The translations under genes and the position numbers were made by a program. DNA of 64,000 bases from a virus. The stretch spans positions 16,612 through 80,611 of the IMG/VR virus record IMGVR_UViG_3300029813_000255, one strand, 5' to 3'. The notes under the pieces were generated by a model that saw only the letters and a program-made list of their open reading frames with translations, searched no databases and was not told the DNA's origin. Shown here one piece after another: positions 19,817 through 32,200 of this stretch (its first letter is position 1; each line of letters starts with the position of its first letter).

Positions 19817-19823
19817 CAAAGTG

Positions 19824-20126
19824 ATGGATAACAAAGGCTTTGGTATAATAGATGGAGTACTGACACTTACCATAGGCATTGTCGTCACGACCTTTATTGT
19901 CTTCGCAGCCGGTATGGCACTGGACAGCTTTATATTCGAGTTTCAGTCGCTTGAGTTTGTATTAACAGATACTTTTTCAGAAGCAATGGAAGGTGTTAAC
20001 GTACTCGGTGAAATGTTTTATATGATACCAATATTTATGCTGTTCATACTTACAGTATGGTTCTTCGCTGGAATTGTGCGTCGCCACACCTATACAAGAT
20101 ATGACGAAGAAGAGGAAGAGTGGTAA
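19824..20126 (+). CDS. Two-TM pilin/minor-capsid-like protein with class III leader
   Basis: MDNKG|FGIIDGVLTL followed by two hydrophobic helices; start moved to 19824. Confidence 0.6.
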   Translation: MDNKGFGIIDGVLTLTIGIVVTTFIVFAAGMALDSFIFEFQSLEFVLTDTFSEAMEGVNVLGEMFYMIPIFMLFILTVWFFAGIVRRHTYTRYDEEEEEW

Positions 20127-20129
20127 AAA

Positions 20130-20576
20130 ATGGAAAGAAAGAACAACATGGACGCATTACTTCTTGATAAAGAATGGTTACAGCGGAAATATACTAAAGA
20201 AAAATGCAGTGTTGATGATATTGCTAATTTGTTAAAATGCAGTACTCATTCGGTACGCGATGCAATATCCCACCATAATATACTGGTGCATAGTAACAGA
20301 GAAAACGACGTTATTAAACCGTTATATCCAAAGAAGCACAATGAAATGAAAACCATAATAATGTGGCTGTGTGGTCTATGGAGTTTAGGACTCGGATTCC
20401 GAATGTCTTTAGAGCTGTTGCTATCAGATGGTTGGATTCACGTGCCACAGCACCCATTGAACATCTATTTCGATTTTATCCCTCTCTGCGTGTTTGGATT
20501 AATAACAGTATGGTTTCAAACTAAGGAATTGTTTAAGGTGGTACAAAAGAAAGGATGGGTGGATGCAACAGAATGA
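20130..20576 (+). CDS. HTH plus two-TM membrane protein
   Basis: DKEWLQRKY..CSVDDIANLLKCSTHSV HTH; C-terminal hydrophobic segments. Confidence 0.5.
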   Translation: MERKNNMDALLLDKEWLQRKYTKEKCSVDDIANLLKCSTHSVRDAISHHNILVHSNRENDVIKPLYPKKHNEMKTIIMWLCGLWSLGLGFRMSLELLLSDGWIHVPQHPLNIYFDFIPLCVFGLITVWFQTKELFKVVQKKGWVDATE

Positions 20577-23500
20577 GAATGAAATGGCTTTTTGTTGTTG
20601 TGCTTTTGTGTTTTATAATGAGTACAGTTAGTGGTGCTGCTGAATTTAAAGATACTGTACAATATCATACGGCATTATCGGAATCATGGTCTGGAGATGG
20701 AACTATCGTGAACTATCCTGCTGCATATCCATATTCTAAAGCGATAGAGCTTTATTCCGGTGGTTTAAAGTCCGCAACAACTATTAACAAAACTTTAAGC
20801 GACTATTGGTCTTTTTATGTACGTGATCATAGTGGTACCGATTATGGAGATGAATTTTTGGGTGTTTTGTTTTATGATGAAGATGGTGGTTTGATACCAA
20901 GTGGACATATTTCCATGTTTTGGGGGGGTAATGATGCTTATGTTTTACGTGAAGTACACTTAACTACAAATATTCAACATATTGGACATTCTGGTTATAT
21001 AGAATTACAACGTGAAGGTGATCAAATGTATTTACGAGTTGATGGAGTAGATAAAGGTAGTTTAGGACCATGTACGAAAAGACCGGCGTATATGCGAATA
21101 TCTAATAATCGTGCTCACAGCAGTAAGTATATCGCTACTCGTTTTGATTCAATAACCACTGGAGATGGTATTGTGGGTATAGGACACCAAGCTAATCCTT
21201 TACATAGCGTTACAGAAGTTGCAAATAACGAATTGGATGTAGAATGGACATTAAAATCTATACCATTTAGTGAATACACAAATTCGCAATACGATATGAA
21301 AGTAAAACGGGCTACATGGAATGAATTTTATAATGTGACTACTATAAAGGCAGCAGGAGATTCAGTAACTTTACCACGAGGATTTGTTAAATACAATTGG
21401 TCAAGTTTGTTTCAAGCAAATCATTTTGGATTGTATTGGTTTGAAACATATAAAAGTGGTAGCGGAGAACCAGAATTGATAGATCAAGATTGGATTTTCT
21501 ATAAAGATATAGGCGAACCTTCCACAATAAACATAGAAGACACAGAATACGCAATAGGTGAAGCAATGAATATATCTTATTACATAGATTCTCCTGACTT
21601 CGGAGCAAACCAATACAAGATACAGATTTTTGATGCAACGGGACAGCTCAAAGACGAACGTGTTTTGACTATGCAAGCAGCCACAGAGCAAATCACATCT
21701 ACAATAGACTGGGAAGAAGGTATGTTATATGCCGTTTTGGTGAAGGATACGAAACCAGCGATTATAGAAGACCCACCGGAAGATATTATAGATTTAGCTT
21801 ATGACTTTTGCACACTTTCAAATGTAATTTATATTACGGGAAAAGTGTATGATGCTTCCAATGCTGATAATTTAGTTGATGGAACGCTATTAGATAATGT
21901 ATCGTTGAATTGGACACAAGCAGGCACTATTTACAACACTACTTCAGATGCTAACGGCAATTACGAATTTACTGATCCTACTACACTTTTGGAAATAGAA
22001 TGGTTTCAGGATGTTCCGATAACAGTACACGCAGAGAAAACGGGGTACACACACTCAGATTTCGATATGACTATAATTAAAGCGGGACGATACACAGTAG
22101 ATATTTATATGACACCGCCCTACGATTATGAAAACATATCTATTTCGGGTGTTGTCGCCGATGATATATTTCATCAAGCAATACCATATGCCGAAGTACA
22201 TATATGGAATGCTACGTGGTCTAATACAACATATACTAATACGTGGGGTTGGTATGAATTCAATAATCTTACAAACGGCACCTATAACATGTATGCAAAG
22301 AAGGAAACATATAGACAAAGTGGTACAATACAAGTAAGTGCATGGAATATGTCATTAACGTTAGATAGTTGTGATACTTTAGATTACGTGGAATCAACTT
22401 TAGATACCTGTGACAGCGTAACAGGATGGAATTCGGATAATACGTTAACATTAAATACCACTGATTACATAAAAGGAACAGGATCGTTACAGAGTGTAGG
22501 TACAAATACAATGGATTTCAATAAGACTTTTTCCGCTTTCAACTCTAATGTAACAAAGGAGGGATATTTCTATTTCTATTCAAAAATAGACAACACAACA
22601 AATATAAGTTCAGTGAATGTAACAGTCACACTGAGTAGTAATGCAACAGGGACAACAGATACGTTAGTGTGGGAAATAAACAAAACACTTTTTACTGATA
22701 CATGGAATCTTACTTTTTTGGAGTTGTCACAAGCAGTGGAAACGGGTACGTGTGATTTATCAGCAATTCGTTTCTTTGAATTAGAAAGCACAAAATCTGC
22801 GAGTATCACTACAAAAATAGACTTTTTAGCGTTTATCGAATATGTTGATTGGAATTCTAATATTAATCTATCGCTTGATACGTCAGACAAACAAGAAGGT
22901 ACAGCTTCTATATTAGCGAGCGGTAAAGCATGGATACCTGGTTCCTACGATCATTATTTTGGTTGGTCCCCCGGTGGAACAATACCTCCTCCGCCAGATG
23001 TACCCATTCCTGAATATTGGGTTGACCGATATTGGAGTGCACCCCCACCGGGAGCAAACAGTTTTTCATCATCAAATGAACTGGGACGGTTACAAATATG
23101 GTATAAACCTGACCATACAAAAGATCGTGATATTATATTAGCTTCCGGCGATACTACAAATTATTTGTACTGGCAAGATGTTGGTACTGTGGGTTCGTGG
23201 AATTTAGAACGTTTATTCTTTAAAGATGCATATGAAAATGGAACTATGAATTTTGGTGGAATACAATGGTTTGTTTTGTTGGGAAATCGTTCGGGTAGTG
23301 CAGATGCAGAGGATCGTATAGACAATATAGAATTAGTACAAACAGGAGGAACACGTCAAAACTTCTTTTTGGGCAAGTACTACGATTTAACAGTTCATGC
23401 TAAAGATATGGATACCAGGTATACAATTACTTCATTCACAGCTATATTAGATAGTACAACAGTAGTCGAGACAACAACTGGTGCGATTGTTTTTCCGAAT

Positions 23501-24514
23501 GTGACCTATGGTATCTATCCTTTAGAAGTCAGTGCAAATGGTTACTACACAAACAAGCAATACGTTTTTATGGGACAGGATACAGAACAAACAGTCTATC
23601 TCACAAAAATAGAGAATGTCAGTACTACTGGTGTAGGACAAGCTTACGCGCCAATTCCAGTTGAATTTCGTGTAATAAATATAGGTGGAATTCCAAAAAG
23701 TAATGTAAACGTGTCGGCTGTTGGTATTGAAACTACAATGGGTGCATGGTCATGGCTCCAAGATATTTTTGGATATTCAAGTAAGGTGGAGCTTCAAAAC
23801 ACAAGCATGAACGGTACAACTGACAGTATGGGACACTTAACCTTTGTAATGGTAGAAACTATTAAATACAAAATAGACTTCACAAAACCGTCAGAAGGCA
23901 TAAATGAAACCTTGTATTTCTATCCGAAAGAGAAACAATACACAATTGTTGTCACATCTCCCCGTGCGCCAAGTATGATAGATTATGTTGACTGGAATCT
24001 CAGTGTTCAACCTGAAAATTCAACGCATTCAAACCTGACTCTCTTCTACAACGATACTATGGCTCAAACGAGTAATTTGAGGTTCTTTGTTAAAGACGAA
24101 AACAGAAGCGAAATTTACAATCAATCATTTAGTAGTGAAAGTATTATTAGCGTTGGTTACCTCGTGAATAAGTCATCTGGTCAATCGTACTTTTGGGGGT
24201 TTAATGTGACTCACGATGAGTTTGATGAATTCAAAGCGACAAAAGCTATTACTTTCAAGAGTAGGTTGATTGATCTGAAACTCAAACCCGGAAATGAAAA
24301 TTACTACACCTGGATTTCTGTTTGCTTACTTGTTATGATCTCTACATTATTTTCTGCCGTAACGAGTAAATTTGGGTACGTTGTGATTCCGTTTATGGGT
24401 GGATTTTTCTATTGGATTGGCTGGCTGGAAATTTCTGCTGTCATTCTTAGTGTTGTTATGTTTTTCGGAGTCATTTTATATATGGGCAAGAAAGAAAGGG
24501 AGAGTGGACTATAA
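20555..24514 (+). CDS. Large membrane-anchored virion/surface glycoprotein (carboxypeptidase-regulatory-like/PEGA beta domains)
   Basis: Signal peptide, many NxS/T sequons, ITGKVYD/ISGVVAD domains, internal repeat (LDSCD/LDTCD), several C-terminal TM helices. Confidence 0.72.
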   Translation: MGGCNRMRMKWLFVVVLLCFIMSTVSGAAEFKDTVQYHTALSESWSGDGTIVNYPAAYPYSKAIELYSGGLKSATTINKTLSDYWSFYVRDHSGTDYGDEFLGVLFYDEDGGLIPSGHISMFWGGNDAYVLREVHLTTNIQHIGHSGYIELQREGDQMYLRVDGVDKGSLGPCTKRPAYMRISNNRAHSSKYIATRFDSITTGDGIVGIGHQANPLHSVTEVANNELDVEWTLKSIPFSEYTNSQYDMKVKRATWNEFYNVTTIKAAGDSVTLPRGFVKYNWSSLFQANHFGLYWFETYKSGSGEPELIDQDWIFYKDIGEPSTINIEDTEYAIGEAMNISYYIDSPDFGANQYKIQIFDATGQLKDERVLTMQAATEQITSTIDWEEGMLYAVLVKDTKPAIIEDPPEDIIDLAYDFCTLSNVIYITGKVYDASNADNLVDGTLLDNVSLNWTQAGTIYNTTSDANGNYEFTDPTTLLEIEWFQDVPITVHAEKTGYTHSDFDMTIIKAGRYTVDIYMTPPYDYENISISGVVADDIFHQAIPYAEVHIWNATWSNTTYTNTWGWYEFNNLTNGTYNMYAKKETYRQSGTIQVSAWNMSLTLDSCDTLDYVESTLDTCDSVTGWNSDNTLTLNTTDYIKGTGSLQSVGTNTMDFNKTFSAFNSNVTKEGYFYFYSKIDNTTNISSVNVTVTLSSNATGTTDTLVWEINKTLFTDTWNLTFLELSQAVETGTCDLSAIRFFELESTKSASITTKIDFLAFIEYVDWNSNINLSLDTSDKQEGTASILASGKAWIPGSYDHYFGWSPGGTIPPPPDVPIPEYWVDRYWSAPPPGANSFSSSNELGRLQIWYKPDHTKDRDIILASGDTTNYLYWQDVGTVGSWNLERLFFKDAYENGTMNFGGIQWFVLLGNRSGSADAEDRIDNIELVQTGGTRQNFFLGKYYDLTVHAKDMDTRYTITSFTAILDSTTVVETTTGAIVFPNVTYGIYPLEVSANGYYTNKQYVFMGQDTEQTVYLTKIENVSTTGVGQAYAPIPVEFRVINIGGIPKSNVNVSAVGIETTMGAWSWLQDIFGYSSKVELQNTSMNGTTDSMGHLTFVMVETIKYKIDFTKPSEGINETLYFYPKEKQYTIVVTSPRAPSMIDYVDWNLSVQPENSTHSNLTLFYNDTMAQTSNLRFFVKDENRSEIYNQSFSSESIISVGYLVNKSSGQSYFWGFNVTHDEFDEFKATKAITFKSRLIDLKLKPGNENYYTWISVCLLVMISTLFSAVTSKFGYVVIPFMGGFFYWIGWLEISAVILSVVMFFGVILYMGKKERESGL

Positions 24515-24547
24515 ACCTTTATAAATATAAATATCAAAGAATATATA

Positions 24548-25762
24548 ATGACAAAAGTAAAGTGTTTGATATGTGGAAAAGAATTTGATTGGCTACCTCC
24601 TCACTTGAGAATTCATAATATTACTACCAAAGAATATTACAATAGATTTCCAGACGCTAAAATTATGGCAGATAATTTATCTCGTACAGGAGAAAATAAT
24701 CCTGCGTATGGTAAACCTGCATGGAATAAAGGATTAACTAAAGAAACTGATAAAAGAGTTGAGAAATATTCAGGTAGCAGACCAGGTTCAAGACCTGATT
24801 TAAAAGAAAAACAAACAGGGAAAACATTTGAAGAGATTTGGGGTATAGAAAAAGCTACTGAAATAAAAAAAAATATAAGTGAAACAGCTAAAGGAAAATA
24901 TGCCTCTGGTGAGACTATTTCAGAAAGGAAAGGCAAAACAAAGGAAAACGATACTGGATGTAAAAGAACAAGTGAAAAACTTAAAGGAAAACCAAAATCC
25001 GAAGAACACAAAAAAAAGTTGCGAGGAAAAAGAGGTCCAAATGAAAAATTAAAAGGGCGAATAATGTCAGAAGAGACCAGAAGAAAGATGAGCAAAGCGA
25101 AAGACAAACACGCTAAACGAAAAGTTAATTGTAAATACTGCAATAAAGAATTTGTTGCATATCGTTCAGTAATTGAAAGTGGTGTAGGAATTTTTTGTTC
25201 GATAAAATGCAAAGGAAAATACCAAACAGAACTTAATAAAGCTAACATATTAAAAACTAAATGTTCTTATTGCGGTAAAGAGATAACAATTACTCCGTCT
25301 CGAATGAAGGCGCGTACTAATCTTTTTTGTTCAGTAAAATGTAATGCAAAATGGAAATCCGAAAATCTAACTAAAGAAAAATCATATCTATGGAGGGGTG
25401 GAATATCCTTTAAACCATACTGTGAAAAATTTAATAATAATCTGAAAGAACGCGTTCGTACTTTTTTTGGTAGATGCTGTTATCTCTGCGGAAAAAATGA
25501 AATGGAAAATGGAAAAAAGCTTGACGTACATCACGTAAACTATCAAAAAATGGCGTGTTGTTCCGAAGAGATTAGACCTTTATTTGTTCCTTTATGTACA
25601 TCATGTCATGGAAAAACACACGGAAACAGAGAATACTGGAAAGATTTTTTTACTACAAGTTTAGAATACTTAACAGATGGGAAGTGTTTCTATACCAAAG
25701 ATGAAACAAAAGAAAGAATTCACAATATAAATATAGGCGGTGGTTCCCCTGCGCGCATTTGA
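24548..25762 (+). CDS. HNH homing endonuclease (Zn finger, NUMOD3, FCS repeats)
   Basis: CLIC..HLRIH, MSEETRRKMS, FCSxKC repeats, WRGG, CYLC..DVHHVNY..LCTSCHGKTH; own TATA at 24513. Confidence 0.88.
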   Translation: MTKVKCLICGKEFDWLPPHLRIHNITTKEYYNRFPDAKIMADNLSRTGENNPAYGKPAWNKGLTKETDKRVEKYSGSRPGSRPDLKEKQTGKTFEEIWGIEKATEIKKNISETAKGKYASGETISERKGKTKENDTGCKRTSEKLKGKPKSEEHKKKLRGKRGPNEKLKGRIMSEETRRKMSKAKDKHAKRKVNCKYCNKEFVAYRSVIESGVGIFCSIKCKGKYQTELNKANILKTKCSYCGKEITITPSRMKARTNLFCSVKCNAKWKSENLTKEKSYLWRGGISFKPYCEKFNNNLKERVRTFFGRCCYLCGKNEMENGKKLDVHHVNYQKMACCSEEIRPLFVPLCTSCHGKTHGNREYWKDFFTTSLEYLTDGKCFYTKDETKERIHNINIGGGSPARI

Positions 25763-26150
25763 AATTATACTTTTTATCCTGCTTTTACAAGCTTCTGTAG
25801 CGTTCGTAGGCAATATAGACCTATTTAAAGGTAGTGATCACATGGAATATTCTGCGTTAGCTGATAATCGCTATAGTACATGGAACGTTACAGGAGAACT
25901 ATCCGGATACAGTGTTGGGGAAGAAGCTTCAGCATGGGACTACTTTTCAGCTTCGGTAAGTTTCTTGATTGACGGACTGATAATGTTTTTCAAAATTATC
26001 TTTTCTGTGGTCTTTATATATCCGGTACTTGACAAAGTATTCGGACTTCCTTGGCAACTCTCGGCTTTGATACAGGTTGGTATTGTCACTATTTACATAT
26101 GGGGCTTAATGCAATACAAGAGCGGAAAATCTACGAAAATGATGGAATAA
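25740..26150 (+). CDS. Membrane protein (candidate virion protein)
   Basis: N-terminal hydrophobic segment and C-terminal TM helices. Confidence 0.6.
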   Translation: MVPLRAFEIILFILLLQASVAFVGNIDLFKGSDHMEYSALADNRYSTWNVTGELSGYSVGEEASAWDYFSASVSFLIDGLIMFFKIIFSVVFIYPVLDKVFGLPWQLSALIQVGIVTIYIWGLMQYKSGKSTKMME

Positions 26151-26259
26151 AAACTACACCCAAAACAAACCTTTTGTGAAAATATTGAAAAGGTTTATAT
26201 ATACCAATGCTTTACGTTTTCACAATGTTGAAATTAATACTGCGCAAAAGAGGGAGAAA

Positions 26260-29200
26260 ATGAAAGCAAGAAATGTATTTGTAACATTTATATTAGTGAG
26301 TGTTGTATTGGCTTTGTTAGTAAGTGTAAGCGGCGCTACGTGGTGCAACAATGACTATGCTAAGAGGATAAATGTGAGTGTAAATAACACAGGCGGTGCG
26401 GCATTAACTGATTATCAAGTTTATGTGAATTTGAATTCTAATCCAATAAATGAAAGTTCAATTAGAGTGTATAACTCTACAGGATGCACATTGAGGCCAC
26501 ATTGGTGTGAAAACACAACAAGTGGGAATTGCACTAAATTGTGGATAAATTATTCGAGTGTTGCTGCGAGTGCATGGACGAACAATACAGCAATATATTA
26601 TGATAATGCAACAGTGAGTTCTGCAAGTAATATTACTACTACATTCGTGTTTGGTGATGATTTTAGTGTTGATGTTGATGTAAATCTGATAGCAGAGCCT
26701 ACAAATCCAACCAGAATTGTTGATGATGCTTGGGAAGCACTGGCTATAGTTGAACAGTCCGACTTCAATTATGGAGGAGAATATATAAGTTGGTATCGGT
26801 CGAATACCAGCGGGAATCAAGCAGTTGGCTTTGAAAATTCGACAGATGGAATTACATGGAATCCTGATTCAGGAAATCCAATTATTAGTTCTACTGCTCT
26901 TTATGTTTATGTTGTACAAGATGGTGATTGCTTCTATCTTTTTAAAAATACTGATAGTAATGGATATGGATCTATTTATCTATATAATGTTACCGATCAT
27001 ACAAATCCCGTTATTATGAACGGGGGAAATCCTGTATATACCCGCAGTTCAACAACTACTGATTGGGATTGGAGAATATTCAATCCAGGAGTTAGTATTG
27101 ATAGTGACGGTGTATGGCACATGCTACTTGAAGGGCAATCAAATGCAGGAGTATTCCGATTAGGCTATGCTTATTCTAACCTCACAGAAATGAATTGGTC
27201 TAAGCATAGATCAAGTTCGTATGTAATAAATACAGCAGGAAATCCATATTTAAAATATGTACCAGATAGAAATGCTCTTCTCGCGTTGTACGGTGATATA
27301 AGTGGTAGTTATTGGAAGGTCATATCAAGTTGCGCAAATCTATCAGATGATCTTTCTTTGTCCGCAAGTTGGTATTCATCTCTAAACTTTGAAATAGCTC
27401 ATTCTGGAATTCATACCGCAGATCCACATGCAATGTTTAATTTTAACGCTACATATCCTACAATGATTTCATATAATTATAATCAAGCAAGTATATATCA
27501 AACTTATTCGGCATTAGCACTTAATGAATTTTATGATGTTATAACAACAGAGGCATTTGAAAAATGGAATACATATGGTACGTCTACAAATACGGTAAAG
27601 GACGGAATATTAAATATTACATCTGTATCAGATAATTGGGGAATATTCATAGGCAAAACAAGTGTTTCGATGCCAAATATAATTGAGGCGTGGGCAAAAG
27701 TTGCGGCTGCCGATGATCGCGCACGAGTAGCATTTTCATCAGATATAGATACTACTTCTACAAATCTCGTTGCATGGTGGTGGGCACATGGAACCAGCAA
27801 TCCATATGTTGCAGCTTATGTTGGTGGAAGTGGTGGATATACTCAATTAGGAGAAGCATTGAATCATGTAAATTATCATAGATATAAAATAGAATGGATA
27901 TCTGGAATTGCTAATTTCTATTATGATAGTGTATATAAAGCTAATAGAACAACAAACATACCAACATCAGATTTACCGGCGTGGATGCTCTCTGGAACTG
28001 GTGGTGATGTGATAGGCTATTGGGATTGGATATTCGTCCGTAAATACACTTCTGTTGAACCTTCTACTACTTTAGGCAACGAAGAGCAGCAAGCAGGAGG
28101 TACGACACCAATCATCTCAAATGTCCAAAACGGTTCTATTTCTCCAACATCACAATGGATAGACTGGAATGTAAACCAAACAGCACACAACCGCGTATTG
28201 TATTCCAACCAAAGTGATTTGACACCAGCATGGTATTCTACGTGGAATAACAGTACAAATGCACCTAACATTACTTTGAGTGCATTGACTGCAAGTACGC
28301 AATATTGGTATCAAGCGTGGTCGTACAACACAACGAATACTTCGCTAAGTGATAATTCCAGTACATTGAGTTTCACTACAGCAGCTACAGCCGAACCTGT
28401 GATAACACTGCTATCACAAACACCTTCGCAACTATTTCAGAATTCTACTGGTCACTTCAATCAAACATGGGGCATTTCACATAATTCAACAGGACTGAAT
28501 AATTCTACACTCACGTACATTTACCATAACATCTACGATTCTGATGCACATCATTCGTTAAGATTACCAATAAATGATCGTGCTCTACCAGATGGGTGGC
28601 GAGGCGATAACCGAAATGAAAGCGGTGTGACACGGTTGACACAAGAAGGCAACACAACAATCTTTGGTAGTGATTACTGGACATGGAGCGGCTTAGACTA
28701 TAACAAATCACAAATGTCTATTGAAACTGTTAACAGCACATATACAAAAATACATATAAACAGTTCAACACAATGTATGATATTTTCTAACTCATGGTAT
28801 TTAAATCATAAAGAATTAGATTCAGCAGCAAAAACGGTTTACGATATAAAGAAGCAATCTCAGCTACTCGTGGAGATATACGACACTGAAATGATGAGAA
28901 ATAGAGATAGAAACTACACGGTGTCTATTTGGATTGATACAGTTGACAATCCCACTGATATTCTGTATCCAATTGAGATATGGTGGGCAAATGCTTCTTT
29001 TGATCCTACTGCGGGTACTGCATTAACTGCATCGCCATACGCTGTAAAAATGATGGATATGACTGACGACGATTGGGAAACGCGGCAATATAATACCACC
29101 AATTCTCATTATATGCGATTCAATATTTATGCAGGTGCAGACCCTGTTATATTACCAACAAACGAATCATATCTGTTATTCAAACATGATTATCCACGTC

Positions 29201-32200
29201 CGTACAAATTGAACGTTACGAATGTAGCAACGATAACGAATCGCTCTTTTGCACAAACTAACGTCTCATGGACGAGTTCATTTGACCATCCAGCAGTATA
29301 TACACCATATTCATACACACCAAATATATTTTTAACATTTCACCGAGGTAATCAGACATTTGAATCAAAATTATGGGTAGCAGATAATAATAGCTTGTGG
29401 GGTAATTCCAGCTTGGAACAGAGCGATATAGGACAATCAAACTTCCCACCTACACCTGGTAGTTTTGAACATTTCGTTTTCTATGGCTACAACGATACAA
29501 CAATGGATTGTACGTATCGTGGCAACATAAGCGTTTATCTACAGACGGGTAGAGATGCAGACGGTGGTAATTGTACGAATAACCTAACACTTTGCTACAC
29601 GAATGGGACATATGTTGCAACAATAAACAATACGTTCAATACAACAGTAAACGATTATATCAGAACAATAAACTTTAATACTACACCGTACTACTCAACA
29701 ACCGACCTATATACACTCAAACTCGTAACGACAGACGATGAATTCGATAGTGTAACAACAGATTTGCCAGTAGTGTTTTCACTATCGCCGTTGGGTACAA
29801 CGGGTGCATTGTACGACAGCCGACCGTATGCAGGCAGACTAACATTTTGGGGTATCCCAAACATTCCATTTGGATGTACAACAGCAAACAATCCTAATTT
29901 GATAGAGTACAATGCAACCACGGACGAATACATACTTAAAACGTCTTTGCACCAATCACAGTACGGTGACACTTTTTATGCAAATGAAACTACACGGATT
30001 GTCTCATATAATAACGATTCAACACCGTTCTATCGTTGGACCGGTAACCAAGTAACTACGAACATGACTACTACATCATGGAACGCAACGACGCAATCGC
30101 CTGTTACAAGTGCAGAGGAATTTCGGACATACGTATATTCTGATCCATTTTATTCACGAGTTAATGTCAAAAATTCAAACTTATCATATCTTGGGAATGG
30201 TCAGATACCATATCGGGGTGTGTATATCGGCTGTGGTGAAGATGCAGTGATTGATAATAACACGTTTATGCACAACGATCAGGGACTATCGGTCTGGGGT
30301 GGCGGTAATTTCACAATATCGAACAACACAGTCATAGACCCAATTGACCATTCCATCTCTCTATATAATATAAGTGGAAACATTACTGTACGAGATAACG
30401 TCATAACCAGCGATGTCGAAGCTCGTGGCATCTCAACAATACATGGTGGAGCTGGTAACGAATACATCAACAACACTATAACAGGATCAGCACAATCAGG
30501 CTTATATAATCAGTATATTACTGACAGCGTTTTTAGAGATAACACTATGAATAACGTCCAGAACGGTATTGTACTCTCCAAAGAGTGTGATAACATCACC
30601 ATTAAAGATAACAACATCACTGTTGAGATGGATGTGCATGGACATCCTGCATGGGGTATAACAATCATGAGTGGTACTCATAACGTTTACAACAACACGA
30701 TAAATGCCACAAACGGATATGGAATCGTCATGTCCAACTTATACACATCAATACCATGTATCAATTCAATCATGATTAACAATAGCATCAAAACCACGCA
30801 GGGTACACATACAGACGCAGGAGTATTCGCTGATTACGTACTCAATATGAACTCAACAGGGAACATCATTCGCGATCCACAGGACACTACAAACAGTATC
30901 AGTATAAACAACGACATTTCGGACATCCGTATTGAGAACACGGATAACGCTGTCTTTTCAGAAGATAGCGCACATCGTACATACGCATATCTCACTAACT
31001 TTTCGTTATATGCAGATACAAACGAATCATTTAACATTACACAGCGAAACATGACAGCGTTACCTTCAACAGATAAACTCAGCATGTGGAACGTGGAATG
31101 GGATGCAACAGTCAAGTTTAACGCATCTTCAGTGACTGGCGTGAATCCTACGTGGTATAACATAACGAACGCTACGTGGACAACCGAGACAATAGACATA
31201 TACCGAAACAATAGCTTGTTTTCAAATGAAGTAGCCGATGCAAACGGTACAATCACGTACAACTATTCTGATAGTTATTCGCAGAAATATTTTGAATTTC
31301 AAGTACAAAGTGCGGCTGCAAATTACACACCACCTGATCCTACTACTTTAGCAAATACAACCGGTAATTTCTGGGTGAATCATACATGGAATAACGGCAC
31401 AGGAAACATAACCAATTCGTATAACGTTTCTGTTAACTTAACGTGGTATAACACAACTACAAATAAGTACTATAACAATACAGGGCTACCAGCACACAAC
31501 TGGAGTAATGTTACCGTATGGGCATATAATAGTAGTGGAAATGGTACACTAAGCACTGGTAACATTTCACAGAATACGCAAATACCAAACAATGTACCAG
31601 TTTTAAATGGATTGCCTGATAACACCACAGACGAGGATGTAAACCAAACAGATATATTCGATTTGGATAGCTATTTTACTGATGCAGATGGAGATGCACC
31701 AACGTATTTAGTTGAGAGCAATAACCAAAGCGCGTATGTGAGCGTAACAATAAACGCTTCTAATAATGTAAGTTATACCTTAGCAAGTGGTTGGAATGGT
31801 ACCGCATCAGTAGTAATAAATGTTACAGATGGATGGGGGGGTGAAGATAACGACACCTTCTTAATCATAGTGAATGCAGCACCACTTCCTGGGGATTACA
31901 TACCAGATGATCCCACAAATTTGCAAAACACAACAGGCAATTATTGGGTGAATTATACATGGAATGTTGGAGGAGGAAACATAACAGATTCTTATAATGT
32001 GAGTTGGAATTTGACGTGGTATAACACAACCACAGATACATTTATGAAAAAAGAAGTAGGTGCTTCAAATTGGGCTAACATCACGGTATATGCTTTTAAT
32101 TCGAGTGGCAACGGCACACTCAGCACAGGTTATATTTCGGATGAAGTTCAAGCACCTGCTTTTGTGCCGGGTGACTATGTACCGCCTAATCCTACTACGC

